Assembly (NCBI GenBank): GCA_039028615.1
Contig: JBCCHT010000025.1
Span: 128,001 to 192,000, forward strand
Length of the DNA stretch: 64,000 nucleotides
Reading direction: 5' to 3'
DNA from: Myxococcota bacterium
GTDB taxonomy: Bacteria > Myxococcota_A > Polyangia > Nannocystales > Nannocystaceae
Shown: piece after piece, positions 1-8,915 of the stretch
Layout: every line of letters begins with the position of its first letter
How positions within the stretch are numbered: the stretch's first letter is position 1
Translations under genes and position numbers: made by a program
Notes under the pieces: generated by a model
Databases searched by the model: none
The model's input: only the letters and a program-made list of their open reading frames with translations
What the model was told of the DNA's origin: nothing

Positions 1-39
1 GCCCCCGAGATGCGCGCGCAGGGCTGGTAGGCTTGGGCC

Positions 40-918
40 GTGGGCCCCTTGTTGACCGGAGGCTGGCGCGTCGACCCGCCGTCGGACCGCGACTATGACC
101 TCGAGCACGAGGCCGTGCGGGCAATCGCGGAGCACATGGAGCTGCGCCCCGAGGACGCCCCCACCCTGCCGACCTCGGCCGACCTGCGCGATGGCTTCGG
201 GCCTCCGGGCGACCAGGGGCCGCTGAACTCCTGCTCGTCGTTCGCGGCCGCGGCCCTGTTCGAGCACGGCATGAAGCGTCAGGGCCGGCATGCCGAGCCC
301 GGCTCCCCGCTGTTTTTGTACAAGGTGCAGCGCGACCTCATGTCCGAGCGCGGCGACAACGGCTCGTACCTGCGCACGGCCATGGAGGCGCTGGCGCTGG
401 CGGGCGTCTGCCCCGAGCGCTACTGGCCCTACGATCCGGCCCGCCTCGACCACGACCCGCCCGCGTTTTGCTACGCGGTCGCCGACAACTACGAGGCGTC
501 CGTCTACTACCGGCTCGATCACCCCGAGCAAGCGCCCACCGAGCTGTTGCGCTCGCTCAAGGTGCACCTCGCCCGCGGCCTGCCCGTGATGTTCGGCTGT
601 GCGCTGTTCCCCAGCCTCGACGCCGTCAACCAGACCGGCATGCTCGCCGAGCCCGGGCCGAACGACCCCATCGTCCTGCTGCACGCCTTCGTCGCCGCCG
701 GGTACGACGACGAGAAGGTCGTCTGCGACGTCACCGGGACCGTCCGCACCGGGCGCGGCGCGGTGCTCGTGCGCAGCTCGTGGGGCCTTTCTTGGGGCGA
801 GCAGGGCCACGCCTGGCTGCCCTACAGCTACGTGCTCAAGGGCATGACCCGCGACTATTGGGTGCTCGTGTCCTCCAACGGGCTGAATCGGCAGCAGTTC
901 GAGGAAATCTACACCTGA
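40..918 (+). CDS. Papain-like C1 family cysteine peptidase
   Basis: QGPLNSC (oxyanion Gln and catalytic Cys), HAFVAAGYDD (catalytic His), RSSWGxxWGEQG (the usual Asn is Ser), GVCPERYWPY. Confidence 0.9.
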   Translation: MGPLLTGGWRVDPPSDRDYDLEHEAVRAIAEHMELRPEDAPTLPTSADLRDGFGPPGDQGPLNSCSSFAAAALFEHGMKRQGRHAEPGSPLFLYKVQRDLMSERGDNGSYLRTAMEALALAGVCPERYWPYDPARLDHDPPAFCYAVADNYEASVYYRLDHPEQAPTELLRSLKVHLARGLPVMFGCALFPSLDAVNQTGMLAEPGPNDPIVLLHAFVAAGYDDEKVVCDVTGTVRTGRGAVLVRSSWGLSWGEQGHAWLPYSYVLKGMTRDYWVLVSSNGLNRQQFEEIYT

Positions 919-968
919 GGATGCGCTCCGCTCGGAACCTTCACCCTGGCTGGTGCGTCCAACCCGAG

Positions 969-1886
969 GTGAGCCTGGCCGTCCGCGTCCCCCGTGCCCT
1001 GCTGCCCATCGCGGGGGGCTTCGCGCTCGTCATTGGCCTGGTCGGGTGTGGGTCCACCAGTACCCCCGAAGACAGCCCCGAGACGGTCAGTCGCAGTCCC
1101 CGCTCCGACGGCAGCTCCCTCGGTGGGTCGAGCTCGTCGCGTCGCCAGCCCATCGCGCTGCCCCCCGTGCCGCCGGGCGAGGCCACGCTGCGGGTGCTCA
1201 GCTTCAACATCAACTTCGCCGTCGGGCACGACCCCCGCAACATCGCCGCCGTCGCCGGGGCCGATGCCGACCTCGTGCTCCTGCAAGAGACGACCGAGCT
1301 GGCCGAAGAAGCCTTCGTCGCCGCGCTGGGCGAGCAGTACCCCCACGTGCTGTTCCGCGAGTGCTGCCGCGCGGGGGGCCTGGGCGTCATGTCCAAGTAC
1401 CCCATCGTCGAGCAGCTGTACCTCGAGCCCACCGTGGGGTGGTTCCCCGCCTGGTACGTCGTGGTCGAGACCCCCGTCGGCAAGGTGCAGGCGCTCAATG
1501 TTCACCTGCGTCCGCCCATGAGCGACGGCGGCAGCTGGGTCGAGGGCTACTTCAGCACGCGCGGGATCCGGCGCGAAGAGATCGAGGACCTGTGGCCCGC
1601 CATCGATCCCGACGATCCCATGATCATCGCGGGCGACTTCAACGAAAACGCCGAGGGCTTGGTGGTCGAGTTTCTCGCCGGGCATGGGCTGGCCAGCGCG
1701 CTGCCGCAGGTGGAGCCCAAAGCGAAGACCTGGCACTGGCAGACGAAGGTCGGGAAGATCCGCGCCATGCTCGATCACGTGGTCTACGGCGGGGGTCTGC
1801 GGCTGCACGACGCCGAGGTGCTCGACGAGGGGTATAGCGATCACTTCCCCGTCGTCGCCGTGCTCGGGGCCGCGCCGCCGCAGTAG
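969..1886 (+). CDS. Endonuclease/exonuclease/phosphatase (EEP) family lipoprotein
   Basis: LRVLSFNI, DLVLLQE, IIAGDFN, LDHV, SDHFPV motifs; lipobox LVGC. Start is GTG 969 or ATG 921; the ORF-track extension to 468 overlaps the peptidase. Confidence 0.88.
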   Translation: MSLAVRVPRALLPIAGGFALVIGLVGCGSTSTPEDSPETVSRSPRSDGSSLGGSSSSRRQPIALPPVPPGEATLRVLSFNINFAVGHDPRNIAAVAGADADLVLLQETTELAEEAFVAALGEQYPHVLFRECCRAGGLGVMSKYPIVEQLYLEPTVGWFPAWYVVVETPVGKVQALNVHLRPPMSDGGSWVEGYFSTRGIRREEIEDLWPAIDPDDPMIIAGDFNENAEGLVVEFLAGHGLASALPQVEPKAKTWHWQTKVGKIRAMLDHVVYGGGLRLHDAEVLDEGYSDHFPVVAVLGAAPPQ

Positions 1887-1901
1887 CCCGGGCGGGCCCG
1901 G

Positions 1902-2981
1902 CTAGGCGCCGCGGTATCGTTCGAAGCGCTTCAGGTACATCGCCCGCAGCTCCTGGAAGCTCGAGTCCGAAGCGGAGTACGAGTCGATGATCGGGTTATA
2001 CGGCTCGCCGAGTCCCAGCCGGGAGCGAATGCGGCCGCCGAACATCTGCAGGCGCTTGCGAGCGAGGCGGGCGACGCCGCGGAAGTCGGTGACCTCGGCC
2101 GCCAGCTCTCGCTTGGACGCGCCGTAGCTCACCGTGTCGAAGAGGCTGCCGAAGGTGGCGAGCATGGGGTCGTCGATGTTGCCGTCGAAGTAGCGGTAGG
2201 CGAGCCAGGCCATGACGTCGGCCCGGTCGCCGCGCAGCGACAGCGAGAGGCTGAAGCCGTCGATCCACACCGAGTGCCACGAATAGGGCGTGTTGATCAG
2301 CATGTCGCCCGCCTCGAGCACGACCTGGGCGGCGAGGTCTTGCAGCTCGCGCTCGTCGTCGTCGTGCTCCACGGCCAGGCTCGCGCCCTCGCGATCGCGC
2401 CGCACCAAGTAGGTGAAGTTGCTGATCGCCACGGGCACGAACGACTCGGGGAGGCGCTCGATGGAGTACCAGCCCTTGCGCCCGTGGAGCTGAAAGAGCA
2501 GGTTGGCGTCGATGGCATTGTGCCAGCCGGTGGTGGTCTGCCGCTGCGTGCTCGAGCCGAAGATGATGTGGCCGGGGTTCTGATCGTCGGCGTAGACGTC
2601 GGCGGGCAGCACCTGGCGCTTGAGCCGACGGATGACGTCGACGGTCTGCTCGTCGATGTTGGGCGTGCCCGTGCCGAAGCTGCCGTAGACGTCCTGCCCC
2701 GCGTTCATGCTCGACCACAGCTTCGACCACGAAAACTCGCCGTTGAAGTCGCGGAACTCCCCCACTCGCCCGAGGTCGGCCTTGAGCAGGCGATCGGCGG
2801 GGAGGAAGGTCGAGGCGTCGAAGGACGGAGGCGTGAACGCGTTGCGCACGACCGTGGGGACCTGGAAGCCCGCCGACCACTCGACGAGGCGACGCTCGGT
2901 GATGGGCACGGGCGCGTCGAGCTCGACGATGCGCACGCGCCCCGACTCGTCTTTGCCGACCACTTCCGTGCCTTCGACCAT
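1902..2981 (-). CDS. JmjC/cupin-like (cupin_8 type) protein
   Basis: TTTGWH...NLLFQLHGRKGW...LEAGDMLINTPYSWHSV double-stranded beta-helix pattern. Confidence 0.75.
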   Translation of the reverse strand: MVEGTEVVGKDESGRVRIVELDAPVPITERRLVEWSAGFQVPTVVRNAFTPPSFDASTFLPADRLLKADLGRVGEFRDFNGEFSWSKLWSSMNAGQDVYGSFGTGTPNIDEQTVDVIRRLKRQVLPADVYADDQNPGHIIFGSSTQRQTTTGWHNAIDANLLFQLHGRKGWYSIERLPESFVPVAISNFTYLVRRDREGASLAVEHDDDERELQDLAAQVVLEAGDMLINTPYSWHSVWIDGFSLSLSLRGDRADVMAWLAYRYFDGNIDDPMLATFGSLFDTVSYGASKRELAAEVTDFRGVARLARKRLQMFGGRIRSRLGLGEPYNPIIDSYSASDSSFQELRAMYLKRFERYRGA

Positions 2982-3117
2982 CGATTCGACCGTTCTTTGT
3001 CGCGCCCCCGCGAGCGTTCGAGAGTATAGCTCGGGTCACGGGCGGGAAACATGCATCCGCGGGCCCGAGCCCGCGCGGTGCTAGCCTTGCGATTCGCCTC
3101 CCGGGTGCCCGGACCTC

Positions 3118-5031
3118 ATGGCCGCCATCGACATCAAGACGCTCGGGCGTAGCTCGCTCACCGGAGGCTTTGCGCAGGCGTGGCGGATCCTGTCCCGCTT
3201 CATCCTCACGCCGATCATCATCGCGCAGCTGGGCATGGAGGGGTACGGCGCGTGGACGCTGGTGTTCAGCCTCGCCGCGTACGTGGACATGTCGAACCTG
3301 GGCCTGGGGCTGGCCTACTCCAAGTTCACGGCGGAATGCGTCCGAACGAAGGAATACGAGCGTCTGGAGCAGATCCTGGGGGCAGGCATCGCGGCCATCG
3401 TCCCGGTGGGGCTCGTGGGCTTCGGGGTCGCGTGGTGGTTGGGCGAGTCGATCGTCTCCGTGCTGCGGGTGCCGGCCGAGCTCGTGCCCGATACGGCGTT
3501 CGCCATGCTCGTGGTCATCGCGGCCATGGTCTTGCGCATGACGGTGGGCTGTCGGCTGGAGATCTTGGCCGGCCTGCAGCGCATCGACCTGACCTTCCGC
3601 CTGAGCGTGCTGGCGTCGATCATCGAGTTCTGCGTCTCGCTGCCGCTTTTGCTGCTCGGCTACGGGATCCGCGGGCTCGCCATCGGGCACGCCGCGGGCC
3701 AGGCCACCATGTTCGCGCTGGCCTACTTCATGGTGGGCAAGCGCCTGCCGCAGGTTCGCATCTCGCCGCGCCGCGCCACCCGGCAGGGCCTGCGCGAGCT
3801 GCTGTCGGTCGGCGGCCGCTTCCAGATGCTCGCCATGTGGAACACGGTCATGGGCCAGGGCATCAAGCTGTTCCTGTCGTGGCTGATGGGTGTGCAGTGG
3901 CTGGGCATCTACGAGCTCGCCGACAAGCTCGTGCAGCTGGGCAAGACCGCGTCCGAGGCGGTCATCGCCCCCTTGATGCCCGCGTTCGCCAGCCTGCGCG
4001 CCGGGGGTGAAGCGCTGCGCGAGCGCATGCTCTTTCTCAAGGGATCCAAGGCCGACGTGGTGCTCGGCGGGATGTCCTTCGCCTTCCTCGGCTTGTTTGC
4101 TCCGTCGATCCTGCTGTTGTGGACGGGCCAGCCCCAGCCCTGGGCTACCTGGGCGCTGCAGGTGCTCGCGGGAGGCGAGGCGGTGATGCTGCTGACCTCC
4201 ATCGTCAGCTCCAGCCTGCGCGCCCGCGGGCAGGTGGGCCTCGAGTTCCGCTGGGCCGTGCTGAACTTCACCCTCTCGCTGGTGCTGCTGGCCGTGCTCG
4301 TCCCAACGATGGAGTTCGAGGGGCTGATCTATGCGCGGGTCATCGCGCGGCTGTTCAGCACCACCTGGTACCTGCACTCGTTCTTCAAGGTCTCGCAGAT
4401 CACCTGGGGCGAGTACCTGCGAGAGACCCGGCTGCCCGTGCTGCTGCTGCTCTTGCTCGGCGTGGGGGCGGCCATCCTGTTCGCGCGAGCGCTGGTGCCC
4501 TGGCCCGAGCTTTCGGGTCTCTCGCCGCGCTGGGCTGCCGTGCTCGACGTCGCCGTGTGGAGCGTGCCCTACCTGCTGCTGCTCGGCGCGGGGGTGTGGC
4601 GGATCTGCCTCGTCGCCGATGAACGCGTGGCGCTGGCCGACTTCGGGCGGTCGTTGCTGCGGCGGGATCGCGAGCCCTCCCAGGCGCCCGAGGTCATCAT
4701 TGTCGGGTCGGCCACGGATGCGCTGGTGGAGGCGGCCGGCGTCGTGGGTCGGGTGCAGGTGATGAGCGTGTCCGAGTCGGGGCAGTACCTGCTGTCGGGT
4801 GGGTCCGCGCGGCTGGTGCTGGTGGTGCTCGAGCCCGACGGTGATCCGTCGGAGCTGTGGTCGTGGACCATCGAAAACCGGCCCGAGCTGGCCGAGGCGA
4901 TGGCGTTCGTGGGCGGCATCGAGCACTCGCTGTACGCGGAGCACGGGGTGCGGCACTACGCCGAGACGCCCAATGCCGCGCAGTTCGAAGCGGACTGGCC
5001 CCAAAGCGAGTCGGCGCCCAGCGACGGCTGA
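3118..5031 (+). CDS. Oligosaccharide flippase (Wzx/MOP family) with a C-terminal receiver-like extension
   Basis: About 12-14 hydrophobic segments; LTPIIIAQLGMEGYG and DxGL motifs; LGIYELADKL; PAFASL; about 115 aa soluble tail. Confidence 0.85.
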   Translation: MAAIDIKTLGRSSLTGGFAQAWRILSRFILTPIIIAQLGMEGYGAWTLVFSLAAYVDMSNLGLGLAYSKFTAECVRTKEYERLEQILGAGIAAIVPVGLVGFGVAWWLGESIVSVLRVPAELVPDTAFAMLVVIAAMVLRMTVGCRLEILAGLQRIDLTFRLSVLASIIEFCVSLPLLLLGYGIRGLAIGHAAGQATMFALAYFMVGKRLPQVRISPRRATRQGLRELLSVGGRFQMLAMWNTVMGQGIKLFLSWLMGVQWLGIYELADKLVQLGKTASEAVIAPLMPAFASLRAGGEALRERMLFLKGSKADVVLGGMSFAFLGLFAPSILLLWTGQPQPWATWALQVLAGGEAVMLLTSIVSSSLRARGQVGLEFRWAVLNFTLSLVLLAVLVPTMEFEGLIYARVIARLFSTTWYLHSFFKVSQITWGEYLRETRLPVLLLLLLGVGAAILFARALVPWPELSGLSPRWAAVLDVAVWSVPYLLLLGAGVWRICLVADERVALADFGRSLLRRDREPSQAPEVIIVGSATDALVEAAGVVGRVQVMSVSESGQYLLSGGSARLVLVVLEPDGDPSELWSWTIENRPELAEAMAFVGGIEHSLYAEHGVRHYAETPNAAQFEADWPQSESAPSDG

Positions 5032-5256
5032 AAGATCGACGGGGTGGCGTCAGGCCTCGGCCTGGCCCCGGATATCCACTGATCGCCAACGTCATCGTCT
5101 TCGTTCGTCGCGCGCGTCGGAGGGCTCCCCCGTCCCCCGTTTTGGGTGGGTCCATCCGTTCGTAGCGGCGCCATGTCCATCGCCCGAGAGCCGGCTGAAC
5201 CGGGCCCGCTGTCGTGTTTTCACGCGCTCACGCCTATGGAGCGCTCCCGTGACCCC

Positions 5257-6810
5257 ATGAACGACCGATCGCTCCTTCGTCATCACCTCCTGCCCGCGCT
5301 GGTGCTGCTCTTGCCGAGCTGCACGACCGGCGTCGAACGCCCCACGACGGGGATCTCGGCTGGTCCTCAGCCCGCCGACGACAACGACGACCCCGGCGAC
5401 GGCTTCACGTCTACGACCGGAGGCTACGAGCCCGAAGGCACCGACGAGACGGGCGACGTGCCCGGTCCCGGGAACGCAGACGAGACCGCCGGGCCTGGGC
5501 CCGACCCCGGCGGCACCGAAGACACGGGAGGGCCTCCCGATCCAACCGGCACCATGGACTGCGATGCGGGCCCCTGTTGCAACGGCGGCCAGTTCGAGCC
5601 CGCGGGCACCGTCTGCGACGACGATGTGGACAGTGAGCTCGGCTGTCCGTGGGGTGTCGCCAACGGGTCCGACGTCGGTCGACGTACGCGCGATCGGACC
5701 TGCAGTGGCGCGAGCGCAGCCTGTGACGGGCCGCTCGGCGAGTGGGAAGAGTGGACGGTCGAGGACGACTGCAGCAGCACGGAGTTCTGCGATCCCGGGG
5801 CCTCGACGTGCAGCGCGGCGCCTCCCACCTGCAACGGTGGACCCTGCTGCGACGGCACGGGCGACTTTCGCCCGGCCGGGTTCGTGTGCGAGGCCGATGC
5901 CGAGACGGAGTATTCGTGCCCCTGGGGCACCAGCAATGGTGACGACGTCGGCGTTCGTCATCGCGACCGCACGTGCAGCGGCGGCAGTGAAAGCTGCAAT
6001 GGCCCGCTCGGTGCGTGGGGGCCATGGCAGACGCACGACAACTGCTCGAACAGCGAGGTCTGCTCGCCGGGTGATGCCACCTGCAACCCAGCGCCCCCCA
6101 TGCCTCCCGAGCCGGACTGCGCATCGGGAGCCTGTTGCGACCCGAGCGGCTTCTACCGCCCCGCGGGGTACGTGTGCGACGTCGATGCCGACTCGGACTA
6201 CGGCTGCCCCTGGGGCACGAGCCCCGGCGACGATGTCGGCGTTCGGTACCGCGACCGCACGTGCTCCGGCACCAGCTCCAGCTGCAACGGCGCCTACACG
6301 GGCTGGAGTTCGTGGCAGACGCAGGATTTCTGCACGAGCGACGAGGTCTGCGATCCCGGCGACCCGAGCTGCGACCCCGCGCCCTGCACCGAAACCGACT
6401 ACTGGAGCCCGACCACGACCTCCAACGATCGGTGGGATCGAAATGGCGTACAGCTGCTCCGCTTCGAGAAGCAAGAGGTCAACGGCAACCTCATCGAAGC
6501 TCGTGTCTGCAAGATCGGCGGCGGCGACTTCACGAACGACATCCACCTCGACTACGAAGAATGGGCCAAGTACTTCGGCTGGTTCATGGTCTCCGACACC
6601 ATCGACAGCATGGGCGCCGACTGCAGTGACTGGGTCGATCTCGACACCAGTACCTGGAGCGAGGGCGAGTCGATCGGCGCCCAGATCCGCGTCGTGTCCC
6701 CGGCCTGGTGCGCTCCCCAGTGGGACGACCAGTGCAACGTGGACCCGAGCTGCGGCACCTGTTGGTACTGGCTCTCCGACACCGTCATGACTCGGACTTG
6801 CCGGCCGTAG
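5257..6810 (+). CDS. Cys-rich lipoprotein with three ~85-aa disintegrin/TSP1-like repeats
   Basis: Signal peptide LLLPSC, acidic Thr/Gly linker, three near-identical Cys repeats, Cys-containing C-terminal domain. Confidence 0.8.
   Translation: MNDRSLLRHHLLPALVLLLPSCTTGVERPTTGISAGPQPADDNDDPGDGFTSTTGGYEPEGTDETGDVPGPGNADETAGPGPDPGGTEDTGGPPDPTGTMDCDAGPCCNGGQFEPAGTVCDDDVDSELGCPWGVANGSDVGRRTRDRTCSGASAACDGPLGEWEEWTVEDDCSSTEFCDPGASTCSAAPPTCNGGPCCDGTGDFRPAGFVCEADAETEYSCPWGTSNGDDVGVRHRDRTCSGGSESCNGPLGAWGPWQTHDNCSNSEVCSPGDATCNPAPPMPPEPDCASGACCDPSGFYRPAGYVCDVDADSDYGCPWGTSPGDDVGVRYRDRTCSGTSSSCNGAYTGWSSWQTQDFCTSDEVCDPGDPSCDPAPCTETDYWSPTTTSNDRWDRNGVQLLRFEKQEVNGNLIEARVCKIGGGDFTNDIHLDYEEWAKYFGWFMVSDTIDSMGADCSDWVDLDTSTWSEGESIGAQIRVVSPAWCAPQWDDQCNVDPSCGTCWYWLSDTVMTRTCRP
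5557..6372 (+). repeat. Three intragenic repeats (5557-5811, 5827-6084, 6115-6372)
   Basis: Each unit reads CxxGxCC..F..PAGxVC..CPWG...DVG.R.RDRTCSG.S..C.G....W..W...D.C...E.C.PG...C. Confidence 0.9.
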
Positions 6811-6982
6811 TTCTTCCCTCCGACTCGCGCCCCCCGGACGCGTGTCGGGCCAACCCGGAGCCGGCCTCGCAACGATGCCGGCTCGTCCGCGTGGAGTCGC
6901 CGTGACCGCCCTCCACGTGCTCGTTTTCAACGATTCCAGCCCATTGGGACGCCCGGGGTCGCAGGCGCTAGGATGCCGGCCA

Positions 6983-7606
6983 ATGGAGGACTGGGAGCTG
7001 TTCCGGGCGTGGAGCGACGGCGATCGAAAGGCGGGCGAGGCCTTGGTCCGGCGTCACGTCGGCGTGCTGACGCGATTTTTCCGCAACAAGGTCCGCAACC
7101 CCGACGACGCGGCCGAGCTGACCTCCGAGACGCTGCTGGCGTGCACCAAGAACAAGGACCGCATCGAGCCGACGTCGTTTCGATCGTACCTGTTCGCGGT
7201 GGCCATGAACACGCTGCGGCACTACTACCGCAAGCAGACCAAGCGAAAGCGAGAGCTCGACGACTTCGAAGAGCTGTGTGCGGGCGACTCCGATCACCCG
7301 CAGTCGCTCAGCTCGTTGGCCGAGATGGTCTCCGAGGGTCGCTTGCTCGTCCGAGCCCTGCGACGGCTCTCCCTCGACCAGCAGATCGTGCTCGAGCTCG
7401 AGTACTTCGAGACGCTCAAGGGCACCGAGATCGCCGAGCTGCTCGGCATCCCGCCCCAGACGGTCTACACCCGCAGCCGTCGCGGCAAGGAGCGGCTCAA
7501 GACGGTGATGACCGAGCTCGCCGACAACCCGCAGCTCGCTCAGTCCACCATCATGGGCCTCGAGACCTGGGCCCTGGAGATCCGCAAAGAGATGGACCGC
7601 ACCTGA
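6983..7606 (+). CDS. ECF sigma factor (kinase-associated type)
   Basis: Sigma2 (GDRKAGEALVRRH...FRSYLFAVAMN) and sigma4 (EIAELLGIPPQTVYTRSRRGK); C-terminal LAQSTxxGLETWA extension. Confidence 0.92.
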   Translation: MEDWELFRAWSDGDRKAGEALVRRHVGVLTRFFRNKVRNPDDAAELTSETLLACTKNKDRIEPTSFRSYLFAVAMNTLRHYYRKQTKRKRELDDFEELCAGDSDHPQSLSSLAEMVSEGRLLVRALRRLSLDQQIVLELEYFETLKGTEIAELLGIPPQTVYTRSRRGKERLKTVMTELADNPQLAQSTIMGLETWALEIRKEMDRT

Positions 7607-7619
7607 GCGGCCCCCCTTC

Positions 7620-8720
7620 CTAGCTGCGGGTCACCGAGTAGATCCGCAGGTCGCCAGCCGCCCCCGTGTCCTCGAAGTCGTCGCAGCTCGGCGGCTGCCA
7701 GTTGTGGCTCACCGAGCCGTCCGCGAAGAACTTGATGGGGCACACGATGTCCTCGCGCTCGGTGTTCGAGACGCGGGGCGTCCCCACACACAGCACACCG
7801 TACTCGTCCCAGACCGCCTCGAGCTGCTGGTACTCGCCCAGCCCGGCTTCCACCTCGGCCAGCGTGACGGGCCCGTCGGTGTTGTCCACGGCGGAGAACA
7901 CGTTGCCCGGATAGGTGTAGGGCTCACCGTCGGCGCAGTAGTCGGCGCGGACGACCCGGGTGGCGAGCAGGAACTCGTCCTCGGTCGAGTCGGTGGCCTC
8001 GTAGCCGAGCGCCATGGTCTTGCCGGGCACGCCCGCCATGCAGGCGATGTGTCGTAGCTCCGCGGCTTGGATCTCCATGTCCCCCGTCGACCCGTCGACA
8101 TGCAGGTAGTTGGCGACGCGAGCAAAGCGACCATAGTCGGCACTCTCCTCGCACAGCGACACGCGAATGCCGTTGGTGGGATCGACCCGGACCAGCTCGT
8201 ACAGGTCGTAGTCGTTGGGGCCGACCATGTGATCGACGACCTCGAGGTCCACGAAGTACTCGCCGCCGAAGTCGTGCGCCATCTGGAAGTGCAGCGTGAG
8301 GCCGATGAGGTCTTCGCCGACGAGCGTCGCGTCGGGCTCCGCCACCGAGTCGGCGCCCCACACCTGGAACTGGAAGTCGCCCTCCATGTCGAGCCGGATC
8401 CGCGCGACGTCGTCGGACGTGTCGAGCACGGGGGTGTCCAGCGCGCCGAAGATGGTGTCGGGGTGAGACACGCTCGTCAGCGTCGACGTGTAGCCGTAGC
8501 TGTTGATGAAGGGCGTGCCCGTGTCGTTGAACTCGTGCAAGTCGCGAGCGCTCGACGAGATCCACGCGTTGGTGTTGAGCGTCATGCGACGCCCGTTGTC
8601 GACCCGACCCGTTCGCAGGTCTTGATCCGAGTCGGCTCGCGTTCCCACGCTCTGGTCACACGCGGTCGCGCCCAAGGTCATGCACATGGCCAAGATGGAG
8701 ATCGTGTTCGAGCCGTTCAT
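7620..8720 (-). CDS. ADYC-domain lipoprotein
   Basis: TRVVRADYCADGEPYTYPG and EAVWDEYGVLC motifs; lipobox ATAC. Confidence 0.8.
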   Translation of the reverse strand: MNGSNTISILAMCMTLGATACDQSVGTRADSDQDLRTGRVDNGRRMTLNTNAWISSSARDLHEFNDTGTPFINSYGYTSTLTSVSHPDTIFGALDTPVLDTSDDVARIRLDMEGDFQFQVWGADSVAEPDATLVGEDLIGLTLHFQMAHDFGGEYFVDLEVVDHMVGPNDYDLYELVRVDPTNGIRVSLCEESADYGRFARVANYLHVDGSTGDMEIQAAELRHIACMAGVPGKTMALGYEATDSTEDEFLLATRVVRADYCADGEPYTYPGNVFSAVDNTDGPVTLAEVEAGLGEYQQLEAVWDEYGVLCVGTPRVSNTEREDIVCPIKFFADGSVSHNWQPPSCDDFEDTGAAGDLRIYSVTRS

Positions 8721-8749
8721 GCCCAAGGGGGTGCCCTCGACTCGTCGAT

Positions 8750-8791
8750 CTATTCACGCCCGATCGAAGAAAAAACAAATGCGCCGAGAAG
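8750..8791 (-). promoter_or_regulatory. Candidate ECF-type promoter for the ADYC gene
   Basis: Minus strand CTTCTCGGCGCATTTGTTTTTTCTTCGATCGGGCGTGAATAG, similar to the element at 11910-11948. Confidence 0.4.
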
Positions 8792-8915
8792 TGCCGTTGA
8801 TGGGCTTTCACATGTCTTGGCTACTGTTGTCGCCATCGGTGGTTTTGCGTTGCCAGTGCCCCGGGTTGCGTAGATACGGCGGGCCGGCGAGGCTGGGCTT
8901 GCCGGTCGACCAACG

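Noticed and set aside
1996..5004. 1002-aa minus-strand ORF
   Set aside because: Antisense shadow of the flippase plus an off-frame part of the cupin gene; Arg/Gly/Pro-rich with no motifs
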